From the NCBI GenBank assembly GCA_964016885.1, contig OZ024741.1, positions 56,854,001 through 56,918,000 of the forward strand: a stretch of DNA of 64,000 nucleotides, read 5' to 3'. The notes under the pieces were generated by a model. It ran no database searches and was not told the origin of the DNA. It worked only from the letters and a program-made list of their open reading frames with translations. Positions within the stretch are counted from its first letter, which is position 1. Every line of letters begins with the position of its first letter. Positions 38,191-49,928 of the stretch are shown piece by piece. The DNA comes from Eledone cirrhosa. Its lineage: Eukaryota. Both the position numbers and the translations under genes were made by a program.

Positions 38191-41100
38191 ATGGCCAATA
38201 TAAGAGTTGGATGTGTGAATGCACGCGGCTTGGGGATGTCCTGGAAACAGGGCAAACTCTTAAATGACCTCAGGTCGCACAGAGTGGATGTAATGGTTAT
38301 TTGCGAGTCCAGGATCAGCAGCGAGCGCCAACTGGCCCCCATCTTCGACGACTTTGAGACCTACGCATCTCTCTGTCAGCCGAGGGGTGGGGGTGGGGTT
38401 GTCGTTCTGCTGCGAAAATACCTGGGTCTTGCCACACAGAAGGTACACCTGGACCCTGAGGGTCGACTGGTGGTTTTAGACGTCGGCAGTGGTGAAGGTG
38501 GAGCTTTCAGGCTGGTGGCAGCGTATGCCCCATCTTGGACACCGCGACCGGACTTCTTCCGACGCCTGGAGAATTTCCTGGGAACGTCTCGCTCCTTGCT
38601 TTTAGTGGGGGACTGGAATGGTATCCTGGATGCACGTTGGGACTATGTAGGGGCATGTCCCGATAGAGGGGGGTGTAACAGCCTCAAACGATTAATCGGC
38701 CGATTTGATCTGGCCGATAGATATCGACTGGATTTTCCGACTGTGCCACGGTGGACGTGGAGTAATCGCAGCGGAACATCCAGGTCGTACCTAGATAGGT
38801 TCCTAGTTAGAAATAAGGATAGGGACATATTAAGCTGTCCACGAATGTTCATGGTTGACTATTCGGATCACAAGTTGTTGACCGGAGTGGTCAACCTTGA
38901 TAGAACTCATAGACAGGGACCCGGTTACTGGAAGCTAAACTTGTCTTTACCGACAAACAAAGCTTACAGTAAGCGGATTAGCACACTAGTTAAGCAGCGT
39001 TTGACGGGGGCAATTGTCAACAACAGGTGGTGGGGCTCTCTCAAGAGAGAAATTAGAATAGAATCGATAGGTTTTAGTCGGGAATTAGCATCAGATAGGA
39101 ATAGAACTGAAAGGGAATTAACAAATAGAGTAGAAGAGGCGATTAGGAGTGGCAACGTGGCCGGCGTACTGGCGTCAAGAACGGCCCTAGACCAGTTCTT
39201 TGATGCGAAGCACGAGGGCTGCGTTGTCAGGAGTAAAATACGTGCTCTGGGTAACGAGGGAGCCAAAGCTGTTAGCTGGGCCCGAGTGACAGAGGCAAAA
39301 AGTGGAAACAAGTCCACGATTCGGTCTTTGAAGGACCAGGATGGTCGCGTGATCCTTGAACCTGAGCGGATGAGCGCGGCCTTTCAACGGTGCTTTGCAC
39401 GACTGATCGGGAGGGGCGGCGGGCCGGGTGGGGCCATGGATTTCGGTCCATACCTCGACGGTCTGGCGCGGCTCTCGGACGGGGAGGCGAAGTCCTGCAA
39501 GAGGCCGATTTCAGCCGCTGAAATAGGGGAAGCGCTGAGCCAATGCGGCAAACGCAAATCTCCGGGTCTCGATGGTCTACCATACGAACTTTATGTAGCG
39601 ATGCCGGGCTTGTTCTCCGGTCTCCTCGAGGCGGTCTACTGCAACTGGCAACAGAACGGGATAATTCCCAGTTCTGTGACCAAGGGCGTAGTCACGCTGG
39701 TGAGGAAGGACGAGAACAAGGGGGATGACATAGATAACTTCAGGCCCATAACTCTGCTAAACACAGAGTTAAAGATTTTGGCCAAGGTGTTAGCGAAGAG
39801 GTTGGCGCTTGTCGTCGGGAACCTGGTGGGAGAAGCGCAGACATGCGCAATCCCGTCCAGGTCCATACACGACAACCTCCACCTCATGCGATACATCGTA
39901 GAGAGGGTAGGGAACGAACCCGGCTTTGGTGGGGCCCTGATCAACTTGGATCAATCTAAAGCGTTCGATAGGGTTGACCATCGGTACCTGGATGCGGTGC
40001 TCGCGGCGGCAGGCTTCAGACCCGTTTTCAGGGGCTGGATTGCTGCAATGCACAGCAGCAACACCTGCTCGAGGGTCAAGGTGAACGGCTACCTCTCGGA
40101 GCCGTTCCAAATCACGCGATGCATTCGACAGGGATGCCCTCTCTCCTCCCTCCTGTATGTGCTGGCTCTTGAGCCACTACTGAGGAAGCTGGAGCTGTTG
40201 CAGGGCATCCCTTTGGAACCGGGATTGCGGAAAGCGGTGTCGGCCTACGCCGATGACGTGACAGTAATGGTGTCGTGCGCCTCGGAAATCGGGCAGATCG
40301 GCACCTTACTGGAGGAATATGAAAGGTTCACAGGAGCCAAGCTGAACCGGGACAAGTCCGTCGGTTTGCAACTCGGGACGTGGAGGGGCAAAACGATGCC
40401 CTCCGACGGCATCGTCGGACGCTGGACGGTGGGACCGGTGAAGCTGCTCGGGGTCTGGTTCGGACCGGACCTCCAGGTGGAGAAAAACTGGGACGAGGTA
40501 ACGGGCAAGGTGTTTGCACTCGCCCAGAAGTGGGCCGAGTGCAAACTATCCCTGAAAGGTCGAGCGGAGGTGGCGAACGCTTATATAGCGTCCGTCATCT
40601 ACTACCGTTTGACCGTCGTGCCTTGCCCAGAGAAAACACTCGCCAAAATGGAGCGCGCGCTCTTCCGATTTCTTTGGAAGAAGCGGGCTCCTTTGGTGAG
40701 AAGATCTATCTGCTGTCAACACCCTTCGAACGGAGGGCTGGGGTTGCCGTGGCTGACGATGCGTAGACACGCATTAAGGCTACGGCACCTCCGGGTATTC
40801 CTCACCGGTCAGCCGGTGTGGGCCCTGTTTGTGAGGCGAGCCTTTCCGAGACTCGTCTCACTCACCGAGCTGCAATCCTGGGTCAAGCAAAGACCGAGAA
40901 AAGTGGGCGACTGGCACATTGAATGTGCCCAGGCGCTCACGGCCCTCTGGCAAGCGGATCCGGCAATCAGTGGAGACTCAGCCTCAACATTCTATAGAAG
41001 GTTGGTGCGCAGTAAGTGCGACGACGCTCTCGGAGAGGCTCTGGGCATGGAGGAAGACGAGCTGGCCAGTCTGTTCGGTAGGACGTTTGGCCCGGGACCG

Positions 41101-41628
41101 ATGGACAACTTCCAAAAGTCCATGGCTTGGAAATGTTACCGAGGAGCTCTACCCGTTCGGGACAAGCTCTACAGACACGGGCGCCCGGGTAGGGACCCCT
41201 CGAAGAAGATCTGTCCAAGATGCGTGCGTGACGAGGAAACCGTCGCACACGCATTCGTACACTGCCCGGGCGTTGCTGACCTGTGGAGCTGTGTAGAACG
41301 ACTACTGTCGCGGGTGGGACCAATCCGGTTGACCACCGAGAACATTGTCACAATCAAACCGCCTCCCCCTTTCAAAAACGAAGGAGAGGCGGTTTTCCTC
41401 TGTGTGATAGCCATGGCGAAAGAAGTTGTATGGTGGACAAGGTTGAAAGGGCTGAGGTCAGACACCTATCTCTCCGGCCAACAACTGGTCTTTTTTTTCA
41501 AGTACCACTTTAGAAGAAGGATCAGAATGGAGAGAGAGGTGCTCTACCCCAGCAAGTTTTATGAAAGATGGGTGAAAGTAGCGAGAATGGCCCGAGTGAA
41601 TGGGCCTTCTCTCTATATCAGCCTGTAG
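38191..41628 (+). CDS. LINE ORF2: APE endonuclease + reverse transcriptase + C-terminal Cys/His (zf-RVT-like) domain, 1145 aa, intact
   Basis: NARGL, GDWN, YLDR, SDH; SPGLDGLP, FRPITLLN, DQSKAFDRVDH, RQGCPLS, YADD; CPRC...ETVAHAFVHC. Confidence 0.96.
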   Translation: MANIRVGCVNARGLGMSWKQGKLLNDLRSHRVDVMVICESRISSERQLAPIFDDFETYASLCQPRGGGGVVVLLRKYLGLATQKVHLDPEGRLVVLDVGSGEGGAFRLVAAYAPSWTPRPDFFRRLENFLGTSRSLLLVGDWNGILDARWDYVGACPDRGGCNSLKRLIGRFDLADRYRLDFPTVPRWTWSNRSGTSRSYLDRFLVRNKDRDILSCPRMFMVDYSDHKLLTGVVNLDRTHRQGPGYWKLNLSLPTNKAYSKRISTLVKQRLTGAIVNNRWWGSLKREIRIESIGFSRELASDRNRTERELTNRVEEAIRSGNVAGVLASRTALDQFFDAKHEGCVVRSKIRALGNEGAKAVSWARVTEAKSGNKSTIRSLKDQDGRVILEPERMSAAFQRCFARLIGRGGGPGGAMDFGPYLDGLARLSDGEAKSCKRPISAAEIGEALSQCGKRKSPGLDGLPYELYVAMPGLFSGLLEAVYCNWQQNGIIPSSVTKGVVTLVRKDENKGDDIDNFRPITLLNTELKILAKVLAKRLALVVGNLVGEAQTCAIPSRSIHDNLHLMRYIVERVGNEPGFGGALINLDQSKAFDRVDHRYLDAVLAAAGFRPVFRGWIAAMHSSNTCSRVKVNGYLSEPFQITRCIRQGCPLSSLLYVLALEPLLRKLELLQGIPLEPGLRKAVSAYADDVTVMVSCASEIGQIGTLLEEYERFTGAKLNRDKSVGLQLGTWRGKTMPSDGIVGRWTVGPVKLLGVWFGPDLQVEKNWDEVTGKVFALAQKWAECKLSLKGRAEVANAYIASVIYYRLTVVPCPEKTLAKMERALFRFLWKKRAPLVRRSICCQHPSNGGLGLPWLTMRRHALRLRHLRVFLTGQPVWALFVRRAFPRLVSLTELQSWVKQRPRKVGDWHIECAQALTALWQADPAISGDSASTFYRRLVRSKCDDALGEALGMEEDELASLFGRTFGPGPMDNFQKSMAWKCYRGALPVRDKLYRHGRPGRDPSKKICPRCVRDEETVAHAFVHCPGVADLWSCVERLLSRVGPIRLTTENIVTIKPPPPFKNEGEAVFLCVIAMAKEVVWWTRLKGLRSDTYLSGQQLVFFFKYHFRRRIRMEREVLYPSKFYERWVKVARMARVNGPSLYISL

Positions 41629-42322
41629 GTGAGAGAGGAGAAGAATGAGAAGAGGAAGGAAGCACCCGCTCTTTGTGCTCCTGAAGAGGAGGGTTGCACA
41701 TTTTTTCGGGGGTGTGTGCGACCCATGCCAACGCCCCTCCCTATTGAGGACATCGATTGTTAAATTTAATTTGTTATATGTTTTTTATACGTCTTTTTAA
41801 ATGTATGTAAACTCCCCCCTTTGTATTTGTCCCAATCTTTGATGCCCTGGTGGCAAATAAATAGAAATATATATCTACCATACACTCTCTCTCTCTGATT
41901 CACTCTCACTTTCTCATTCACTCTCCCCCTCCGTATATCTACTACACGGAACTCTCAAATTCCTCTCTCTATATCAATAAACATCAAGCTCTCCCCCTCT
42001 CTATATCTAATATACAATATATTCTCCCAACCTTCCTCTCTATATCAATTACCACCAAACTCTCCCCCTCACTATATCTATCTCTCCCATCTGTCTCTAC
42101 ATAACGTATACATAAATTGTAGAATTATAGCGCAAATACAAATAGATGTGTGTTTTGGTAGTTTGGGGGAAAATATAATTATGGGGGGTGTCCCGTTTAC
42201 ACCCTCCACCCCCACCACGTTTCGCCGCCATGGTAGATGTTTTCTATTCGCAAATGAGCATCTCTAATCCAACAGTTGATCACCACGCAAAATATTATAT
42301 AGAGTAGAGTTTATTCCATATC

Positions 42323-42401
42323 AGTATATTCTGAGAGAGCGTCACTGACAAAAGATTAACGAATCTTGAAACAGCATTGTCTGACACTCTCAGAATATAC
42401 T
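42323..42401 (+). ncRNA. Hammerhead motif with ~20-bp stem I and G8A core
   Basis: AGUAUAUUCUGAGAG..GUCA CUGACAA AAGAUU-AACG-AAUCUU GAAACA-GCAU-UGUC^UGAC.CUCUCAGAAUAUACU. Confidence 0.75.
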
Positions 42402-43199
42402 AGCAACTCTATGATATATTCATAGAAGAAAATAGAGGAAATCTATAATTTTTTTAGTTTGGTTTCGCTTTGTAACGAAAAAATATTTTTTTCGGCAGTG
42501 AAATTTCCCATATGTTCATTGTCTGTGAATGTATTACATATGTTTATATATGTCTTCATATATAGCTATATGCTTAAACGGTGTCTTAGTGCTACCACCA
42601 ATTATATATATATGTATGTGTGTGTGTGTGTGTGTTTGTGTATGTGTGTATATATATATATACATATATATTTATGTATATATAGAGAGAGAGGGGGAGG
42701 GGAGAAAGAGAGAGGGGGGATACGATAAATTGTAATAAACTGACATAAAAATAAATCAAGGTAGACATAAATATATACGTACATTATATATTTCCCTAGA
42801 CATAAATTTATATCTTTACCAGGCATATATACATATCGTGTTCAGCATCATTCACCAAAAAGAACACTCTTTAGAATGTATTAGTTTATATACCTTGGCT
42901 GTTGACATAAACCTAAACCAGCGCATAACACAGCCTCCACCTCCTTCTCCTCCACCCCCTCGTCATCATCTTCGTCATCATCTCCATCATGCTCACCGTT
43001 ATCATTATTGTCATCATCGTCATTATTGTCGTCATTGCCATCATCATCATCAACGTTGTTTGTAGACTCCCACGTTATCGTCGCCGTCGTTATCGTTTAA
43101 ATGAGGTTTCAAAAATGTCCACGACATGCTGTATGTCACTACGGCGCCCCTGCCTCTTCATCAGGAGTTAGGGGTCCATACATACACATGATAAGGTAA

Positions 43200-43740
43200 T
43201 GGGAAAGAAAGACTAATATTATTTTACAGGCATAGTTCTTGAGGATAAGCAGTTCAAAAAGTGTTATTATGGCAGGAGTGCTTGGAGAAGTTGATCCATG
43301 GTGGAGGCAAATGGTAGTCTGGGGTTGGATATGTTTTCCCTTTTTAGAGAGTTAATATGCAGGGGGAGGTAATTCAAGCTGGTCGGATAGGAGAAAGAGA
43401 AGAGAGGGGTAATTCATTTATATAAGAAAAAGGATTAGGTAGGGTGTAAGGGAGGTAACTCTTTAGAGAACGTAGGAATTTTGGGCTATGGTTCATTGTT
43501 CGTTCCAGTTTAGTCCATTAAGTAGAGGTTGGAATTTGTTAATGAAGTACGTTTCCTTATTGGTACGATGGATGAAAGAAGCGTTGTCTATAAATTTGTA
43601 AATGGGGAAAATATCGCCAATTGTGCACCTAACCAACAACCAAACTTTAAAATTTTCCCCATTTACAAATTCATAGACGACGCTTCTTCAAGAACTATGC
43701 CTGGAACCTTCCTCAAACTGTACGGACTAACAACATAGTT
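43200..43740 (-). mobile_element. PLE extreme 3' fragment with short inverted, internally deleted copy
   Basis: Minus IFPIYKFIDNASFIHRTNKETYFINKFQPLLN; plus NCAPNQQPNFKIFPIYKFID; inverted 43576-43613 / 43652-43688. Confidence 0.6.
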
Positions 43741-45048
43741 GTACTAGTTGAGGACTATTGCAAACTTGACCGTGGGAGCCGGGCGTGGCCACACAACAAC
43801 CCCAGCGTCAGGCGAACCTTGGATATCGTGTTTGCACACCTGGATTCTCTGTGTACATGTTTCATGTCCCTTGTTACTTATTCTCTATTTATATACCTAC
43901 TGTTGTTTTTTATGTATTTTTGTCCCGTTCTTTTATTATTATGTTCTCTATGTGTTCTCGATTTCTTATCTGCTTGTTCCTGTCCCTACTTTCGCTTCCC
44001 GTAACTCTCTTCCATAGTCTAGCAGCCCTTTTAATAGTATTGATGCCACTGTAGTTACAACTGAATGTTATTGTGGTTAACTGTTGTTTTTTTTGTTTTG
44101 TTTTCTTTGCACTGTAATTATTGCTATTCTTGTGCCTTGGAATGATAGAGAGGACTGTATTAACTGTGAATGTATTTATATATATAAATACCCATCTATA
44201 TTTCTATCCCATTTTTGCTTCCTTGTTTCAACGGACTACTGTTGTGGTTAGTTTATTTTTCATGGAAGCGTGGCCTTTTCCTGTCGCCGCCATCACCGTG
44301 GTGGGATCATCACTGGTGTTGTTGTTATTGTTATTGGTGTTACCACTGTCTGGCTCCCGAGTAATGGGTGCTCTCTGCTTGATACTAATATAAATGATAC
44401 CACCACTACTACGACGAACGGGGTAGGTGATGGGCGGTGTTAATGTTTGTTGCTGTTACTATTGTTGTAGTTGCTATACATGGTCATGGTGATTGATGCC
44501 ACCAACTTTGTGTACCCACCTACCTGAGAACTCCTTTTTATTGCTTTGGCGTTATTGTTGTTATTGCAGTCACTACGACTGCTACGTCCTGTGTACACGA
44601 CGCTGGTCTGTGTTTTTGCTGTTGTTGTCGTTGTTGCTGTTGTTGTTGTAACTGTTTACTGTAACTGTTGCTTTCGTTATTGTTGTCAGTAGGGTAGTAA
44701 TATCACTACGACTGTTGCGGCCAGTGTGGACGATATTGGTCGGCGGTTTGCTGTTATTGTCGTTATTGTTGTTGTCGTTGTCGTTGTTGTAGTTGTTGTC
44801 TTAAGGTGGTTGTCAACAAAATAAATACCCCACCCTCCCTCAGAGCTCCATTTATTGCTTCCACTGTCTACTGGGCTTTGGCTACACACAGTTTTTTGGG
44901 GGTTTTTTCGAGGTTTTTTCGTGGATAGCTTTTTCTAACAAACACGACGGCAGGCAAACCCTTCAAGGTACTCATATGTCTGCTGGACACACAAGCAATA
45001 GGACGTGTGTTTTTTTCCTGCCAGCGACATATCAAACATATCGGTTAC

Positions 45049-45132
45049 TCATCTGAGGATACCGTTCTCATAACAACAAATGCATGAAGGACATCTCGAA
45101 TGCATGGAGAATCGTGGAAATAATTATAATGA
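45049..45132 (+). ncRNA. Type I hammerhead ribozyme with extended stem II, in a pLTR-like end (~44960-45170)
   Basis: UCAU CUGAGGA UACcGUUCUC...GAGAAUcGUG GAAA UAAUUA UA^AUGA. Confidence 0.8.
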
Positions 45133-45167
45133 TTAAACGATATATGTAACCTCAGCATCTTATTTTG

Positions 45168-45229
<62 letters not shown>

Positions 45230-45233
<4 letters not shown>

Positions 45234-46960
45234 CCAACCTTTTTTATGGTATGGTGGGAAAGGAGACTTAAAGATCTCCTTGATGAGAGCTCCATAGACC
45301 TCATCATGTACTCTCCTTACGTAGACGATATCAATATAGTAATAAGAACATGCCCACAAGAGTGCACTAACAAGTTTGATTTAGAACGTAGCACAATGGA
45401 AAGCATCCAGCAGATAGCTAATTCCATACACCAGAGTATAACTGTAACTACCGACTACCCTTCCAAACACCCTAACAATAGACTACCTGTATTAGAGACG
45501 GAACTCTGGATTAACACTATAGACGAGAGAGCCCAAATTCTCCACTCACACTATGCTAAACCCATGGCCTCCAAATACCTGATACTCAAAAACTCAGCAA
45601 TGTCCAGTAGTGCTAAGTTTAATATTCTGATCGCAGACTTGGTACGAGTGATGAAGAATGTGTCCCGCATGTGCGACCCAACAGAAATGGAAAGACACAT
45701 CCAACACTTCATCAACCGCATGCAGTTCTCTGGCCTCAACCAAAGAGACAGAATCAGAGTATACGAAGGAGCCACGGAGAAGTATAAGACCCTCATAGAA
45801 CTGGACATGAAAGGAATTTGCCCATTATACAGGAGCAAATCACGGAATAGATTAGATAGGACTAAACATAACATAGGGAAAGCCACCTCATGGTACGACA
45901 ACCAGAGATACCAGAGTGTCATGTTCGTGGACGCTACCCCTGGAGGGAAATTAGCTAACCAGTGTAGAAAGGCTCTGAGAAAGACCCACTTAAAGATTAA
46001 GGTGGTAGAAAAGCCAGGAACTACCATAAAATCCCTGATCAGCAAAACATACCCTTTTAAGAAAACCCACTGTACTAATAAGAAATATGTTATATGTAAA
46101 GTAAGCCCCGGATAAACTGTAAAACTAGAAACGTAGTCTATAGCATAAGATGTACAGAGGGTACTTGCAGAAACATGACAACAACATACATAGGCGAGAC
46201 AGCTCGTAGCATAGGCGAAAGAATAGACCAACACTGGGGGGAACTAAAAGGAAGAAAAAACGGTTCAGTACTATACGAACGTGCCAGACAACAACACGAC
46301 GGTAACATAGACACCATAGAAATTAGAATAATATCTAAACATAGAAATGACCCAGCAGATAAGAAAATCAGAGAGGCCAGTGAAATAGAACTTAGAAGGC
46401 CAAGGCTAAACAGAAAAAATGAATGGAATAACAACAACACCCAAACAAACAACACTGACCTAAGAGAAGTATAAATAAATAAATAAATAAATACATACAC
46501 AAGCACAATAACAACAAACACATATAAACACACACTAGTAAAGATAGAATACATTAACCAATACACAGTCACCCAAACACGAACACACATCAAACAAAAC
46601 ACTATATACACACGCAAACGCATGCACAGAGAAGAGAAACAAAATTAAACAAATAAATAAATATATAAACAGACTAAATAAAGATGGCGTAAGCATACAA
46701 TGCAACGGGAGGAAACAATAGCACCACTGACGATTTTGCAGATGTGCAACGAAAGAACTTTGATAGACTATATATATGTGTTTGTGTCTATATTGTATCT
46801 GTATTTTTGACCGTTGGTCAGTCAATGGCAACATTGAGGACCGAATAAACTAAATTAACCGATATAAAAGACACAGAAGCGAAAACCAACCAAACAGTGA
46901 GTGTGTTCTGTTATTAATTCTGGCAATATTACACAAATATGACCCTACCCAAGTATAACT
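45230..46960 (+). mobile_element. 5'-truncated PLE (YVDD RT end + GIY-YIG + pLTR) in (TA)n
   Basis: YVDDINIV, LPVLETELW, VMFVDATPGG, then a frameshift to NCKTRNVVYSIRC...YIGETARSIGERIDQH. Confidence 0.88.
46722..46765 (+). ncRNA. Minimal hammerhead motif (imperfect stems)
   Basis: ACCA CUGACGA uuUUGCA-GAUG-UGCAAc GAAAGAACUU^UGAU. Confidence 0.65.
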
Positions 46961-47116
46961 ATATATATATATATATATTAGAAAGATCGAGTATCGAAAA
47001 ATCGGCGCACGAGTTAACGAAAAACGAAATCCGATATGAGCGGCAGAGGGCTCAATAATTCAGATGAATCAGAGCTATAACTATCGTTAAAATACCGTCA
47101 CATATAGAACAAGTCT

Positions 47117-47176
<60 letters not shown>

Positions 47177-47178
<2 letters not shown>

Positions 47179-49928
47179 AAGGAATTGTGGTAAGGAACCA
47201 GATAGACCATAACGCACTAGAGTACTCAATACTTAGGGTAGAAGAGTGGGAAATAGGAAAACGTATGACCCCGACGGCAGAGCTCAAGCCGTTTCGACGG
47301 CTATTTCTGGACTAAATTAGAATTTTTAGCCTGGTGAATAAATAGCCGAATTTGTCTAGGGGGTACTTCCTTATATTGGAAGATTGTAGTTGTCAAGAGG
47401 GTTGGTTAAAATTTGTTGTAAACACAAATAAGTCTATCATGGCATTTGGTGGGGGGTAGGGATGGCTGAACTTGCCTGTAGAACAATAGGGGAGTAAGTG
47501 GAGCGGTCAAGCGTTGAAAGTGATATGTATACAGCAGATTCTAAGAATAGTGCATGAAGTGGAAGAGGGAGGTTATAGAATAGGTAAATCGAATGATAGT
47601 AGGAGACAATAAAAGATAATAGAAATAAATTTAAAAAATATATATATATATATATATAAAATTAGATAGTGAGAAATGAATAAAAAAAAATCACAATGCT
47701 ATCTTATAATTACAGGTTAATAAGTTGAGAATAGAAAAAACTTGTAGAGATTGAGTAGTACCAAAACTGATACAAAATTAAAGGGGTTTTCAACGCGTCT
47801 GCTATAAGTAGTTAGTAAAACGTATTCGGCCAATTCTATCTTAAAATTACAGGGATGGGGGAACTGATGCTACAGAGGCCCGCTGGGCTGCATCGGGGTA
47901 GGCGAAAGGCGAAAAACAGACGAGGAAGAAAATAGGGGGTGGAAGGAAGTGATAGGATGAGACAGGAGGAAGAAGACAATGAGGAAAAGAAAAGAAAAGA
48001 GATACATCTACCTATGTAAGCTGGGCTTTCCCCTAACTTATTCGGCAAGTGGGGGTGTCAGCCCTTGTCTATCCACCCGGGTCGTTATGGAGTTTGAGGG
48101 CGATGTAAGTCTTACGCAATCTGTGTTTACATGTGGTTAACAGTTCGTCTTGCTTGTTTAGGAGTTGGTCCTTCGAAAACAACATTTGTAATGTTTCCTC
48201 CGAACATACGTTACACGGACGGCGTCCTCCCGTGTAAGAGTTAGCTCTGGACAGTAAGCTCCAAGTGAGATTGTAGGTTATATTATTATCTTGGAGGTCC
48301 CAGATGTGGCCCGAAAGTGTAGTGGCATGTCACCGGACCGGGTTTCGGAAAGTATGTCGGTGTTGGTAGAGCCGGGTCTTGAAGTCACACGCGGTTAATC
48401 CTATATAAGCTTTGTTGGAGGTGTCAGTCCTCACGTTGCACTGGTAGATCACGTTACGTTCTCGGCATTTGTTGTTGAGGGGGAACGTAGATCTATCAGG
48501 GCAGTTACACCTCCTGGTCGGCTCTCCACTGATGTCTAGGTTATTTCTTCCATGGGGGTTGAGATTTTTGTTGTTTGAGGAGACGATGTTTTGTGCAAAA
48601 TTAGGTGTGGTGCTGTAGGAGAGTTTGATGGTGTTTTTGTTGATTATGTTGCGGTAGCGGTGTTGTAGTGGGAAGTGTTTTCGAGGAGTCTAAAGAAGAT
48701 TTTCCCGATAGGTGTTGCCACCTCGGCATTATGGGGAAGATTGGACCACGTTACGTTGCGTGAGCGGCGGTGTCGCCTGCTGGTTCCGCTAAAGGAAGCT
48801 GGATAAAAGGATATTTCCTCCCGGAAGCCACTCCGCTTGAGGGCCTGGTTGTAATGAGGCACGTGTTCGTAGAATATCTGCTCATTAGCGGACAAACAAG
48901 ATATGCGGTGATGTTTCTAGGATGGTTAGAGCGGCGGTGGATGTAGTGCAGGTTGTCATTGGGTTTCCTGTATGGGTAGTACAGATCATTTTCGAGGTTA
49001 AGGGTAACGTCCAGGAAATTGACTCGGGTTAGGGACGTTTGTAGGGTGATTTTAAATCCCCAGTCCCGGAAGAAGTTGATTAGTTGTTTACGGACTCGGC
49101 CTGTACTACTGGGGTTGTACCCTTTGAGGGTGAGGAGCCCATCGTCTCGGTACAATCCACCGCCGAATGCAGGAAACCCCAGCTTACATAGGTAGATGTA
49201 TCTCTTTTCTTTTCCTCATTATCTTCTTCTTCCTCCTAACTCATCCTATCACTTCCTTCTACCCCCTATTTTCTTCCTCGTCTGCTTTTCGCCTTTCGCC
49301 TACCCCGATGCAGCCCATCGGGCCTCTGTAGCATCAGTTCCCCCACCCCTGTAATTTTAAGATAGAATTGGCCGAATACGTTTTACTAACTACTTATAGC
49401 AGACGTGTTGAAAGCCCCTTTAATTTTGTATCAGTTTTGGTACTACTCAATCTCTACAAGTTTTTTCCATTCTCAACTTATTAACCTGTAATTATAAGAT
49501 AGCATTGTGAGTTTTTTATTCATTTCTCACTATCTAATTTTATATATTTTTTTATTTTTTTATTTATTTATTTCTATTATCTTTATCATTCGATTTACCT
49601 ATTCTATAACCTCCCTCTTCCACTTCATACACTATCCTTAGAATCTGCTGTATACATATCACTTTCAACGCTTGACCGCTCCACTCACTCCCCTATTGTT
49701 CTACAGACAAGTTCAGCCACCCCTACCCGCCACCAAATGTCATGATAGACTTATTTGTGTTTACAACAAATTTTAACCAATCCACTTGACAACTACAATC
49801 TTCCCATATAAGGAAGTATCCCCTTGACAAGTTCGGCTATTTGTTCACCAGGCTAAAAATTCTAATTTAGTCCAGAAATAGCCGTCGAAACGGCTTGAGC
49901 TCTGCCGTCGGGGTCATACTTTTTCCTA
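47177..49928 (-). mobile_element. PLE (YRDD-type RT) with ~760-bp inverted pLTRs
   Basis: 47255-48030 is the reverse complement of 49173-49928; coding remnant 48070-49170 has GLYRDDGL, NFLDVTLNL, SNHP and a GIY-YIG region. Confidence 0.92.
49820..49913 (+). ncRNA. Type I hammerhead with U3-A8 core and branched stem II (mutated twin at 47269-47362, minus strand)
   Basis: CCCC UUGACAA GuuCGGCUAUUU...AAAUAGCCGuC GAAACGGC-9nt-GCCGUC^GGGG. Confidence 0.78.

Larger units (their letters stand above)
36190..41870 (+). mobile_element. Near full-length Tx1/L1-clade non-LTR retrotransposon
   Basis: 5' UTR, gag-like ORF1 with CCHC knuckle, intact ORF2, and 3' UTR ending aataaa; no clear TSD. Confidence 0.92.

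Noticed and set aside
38260-41513. Antisense and alternative-frame ORFs within Tx1 ORF2
   Set aside because: Expected shadows of a GC-rich coding region.
43090-43170. Minus-strand CUGAUGA...GAAAC hammerhead candidate
   Set aside because: Stems I and III do not pair, and the segment resembles a different repeat end (ggagttacgggtc.. at 6085, 11358, 54080).
45230-46960. Selenoprotein (Naiad-type) PLE with in-frame UGA and SECIS
   Set aside because: No in-frame TGA at Cys positions in the retained part and no SECIS-like AUGA/AA/GA hairpin recognised.
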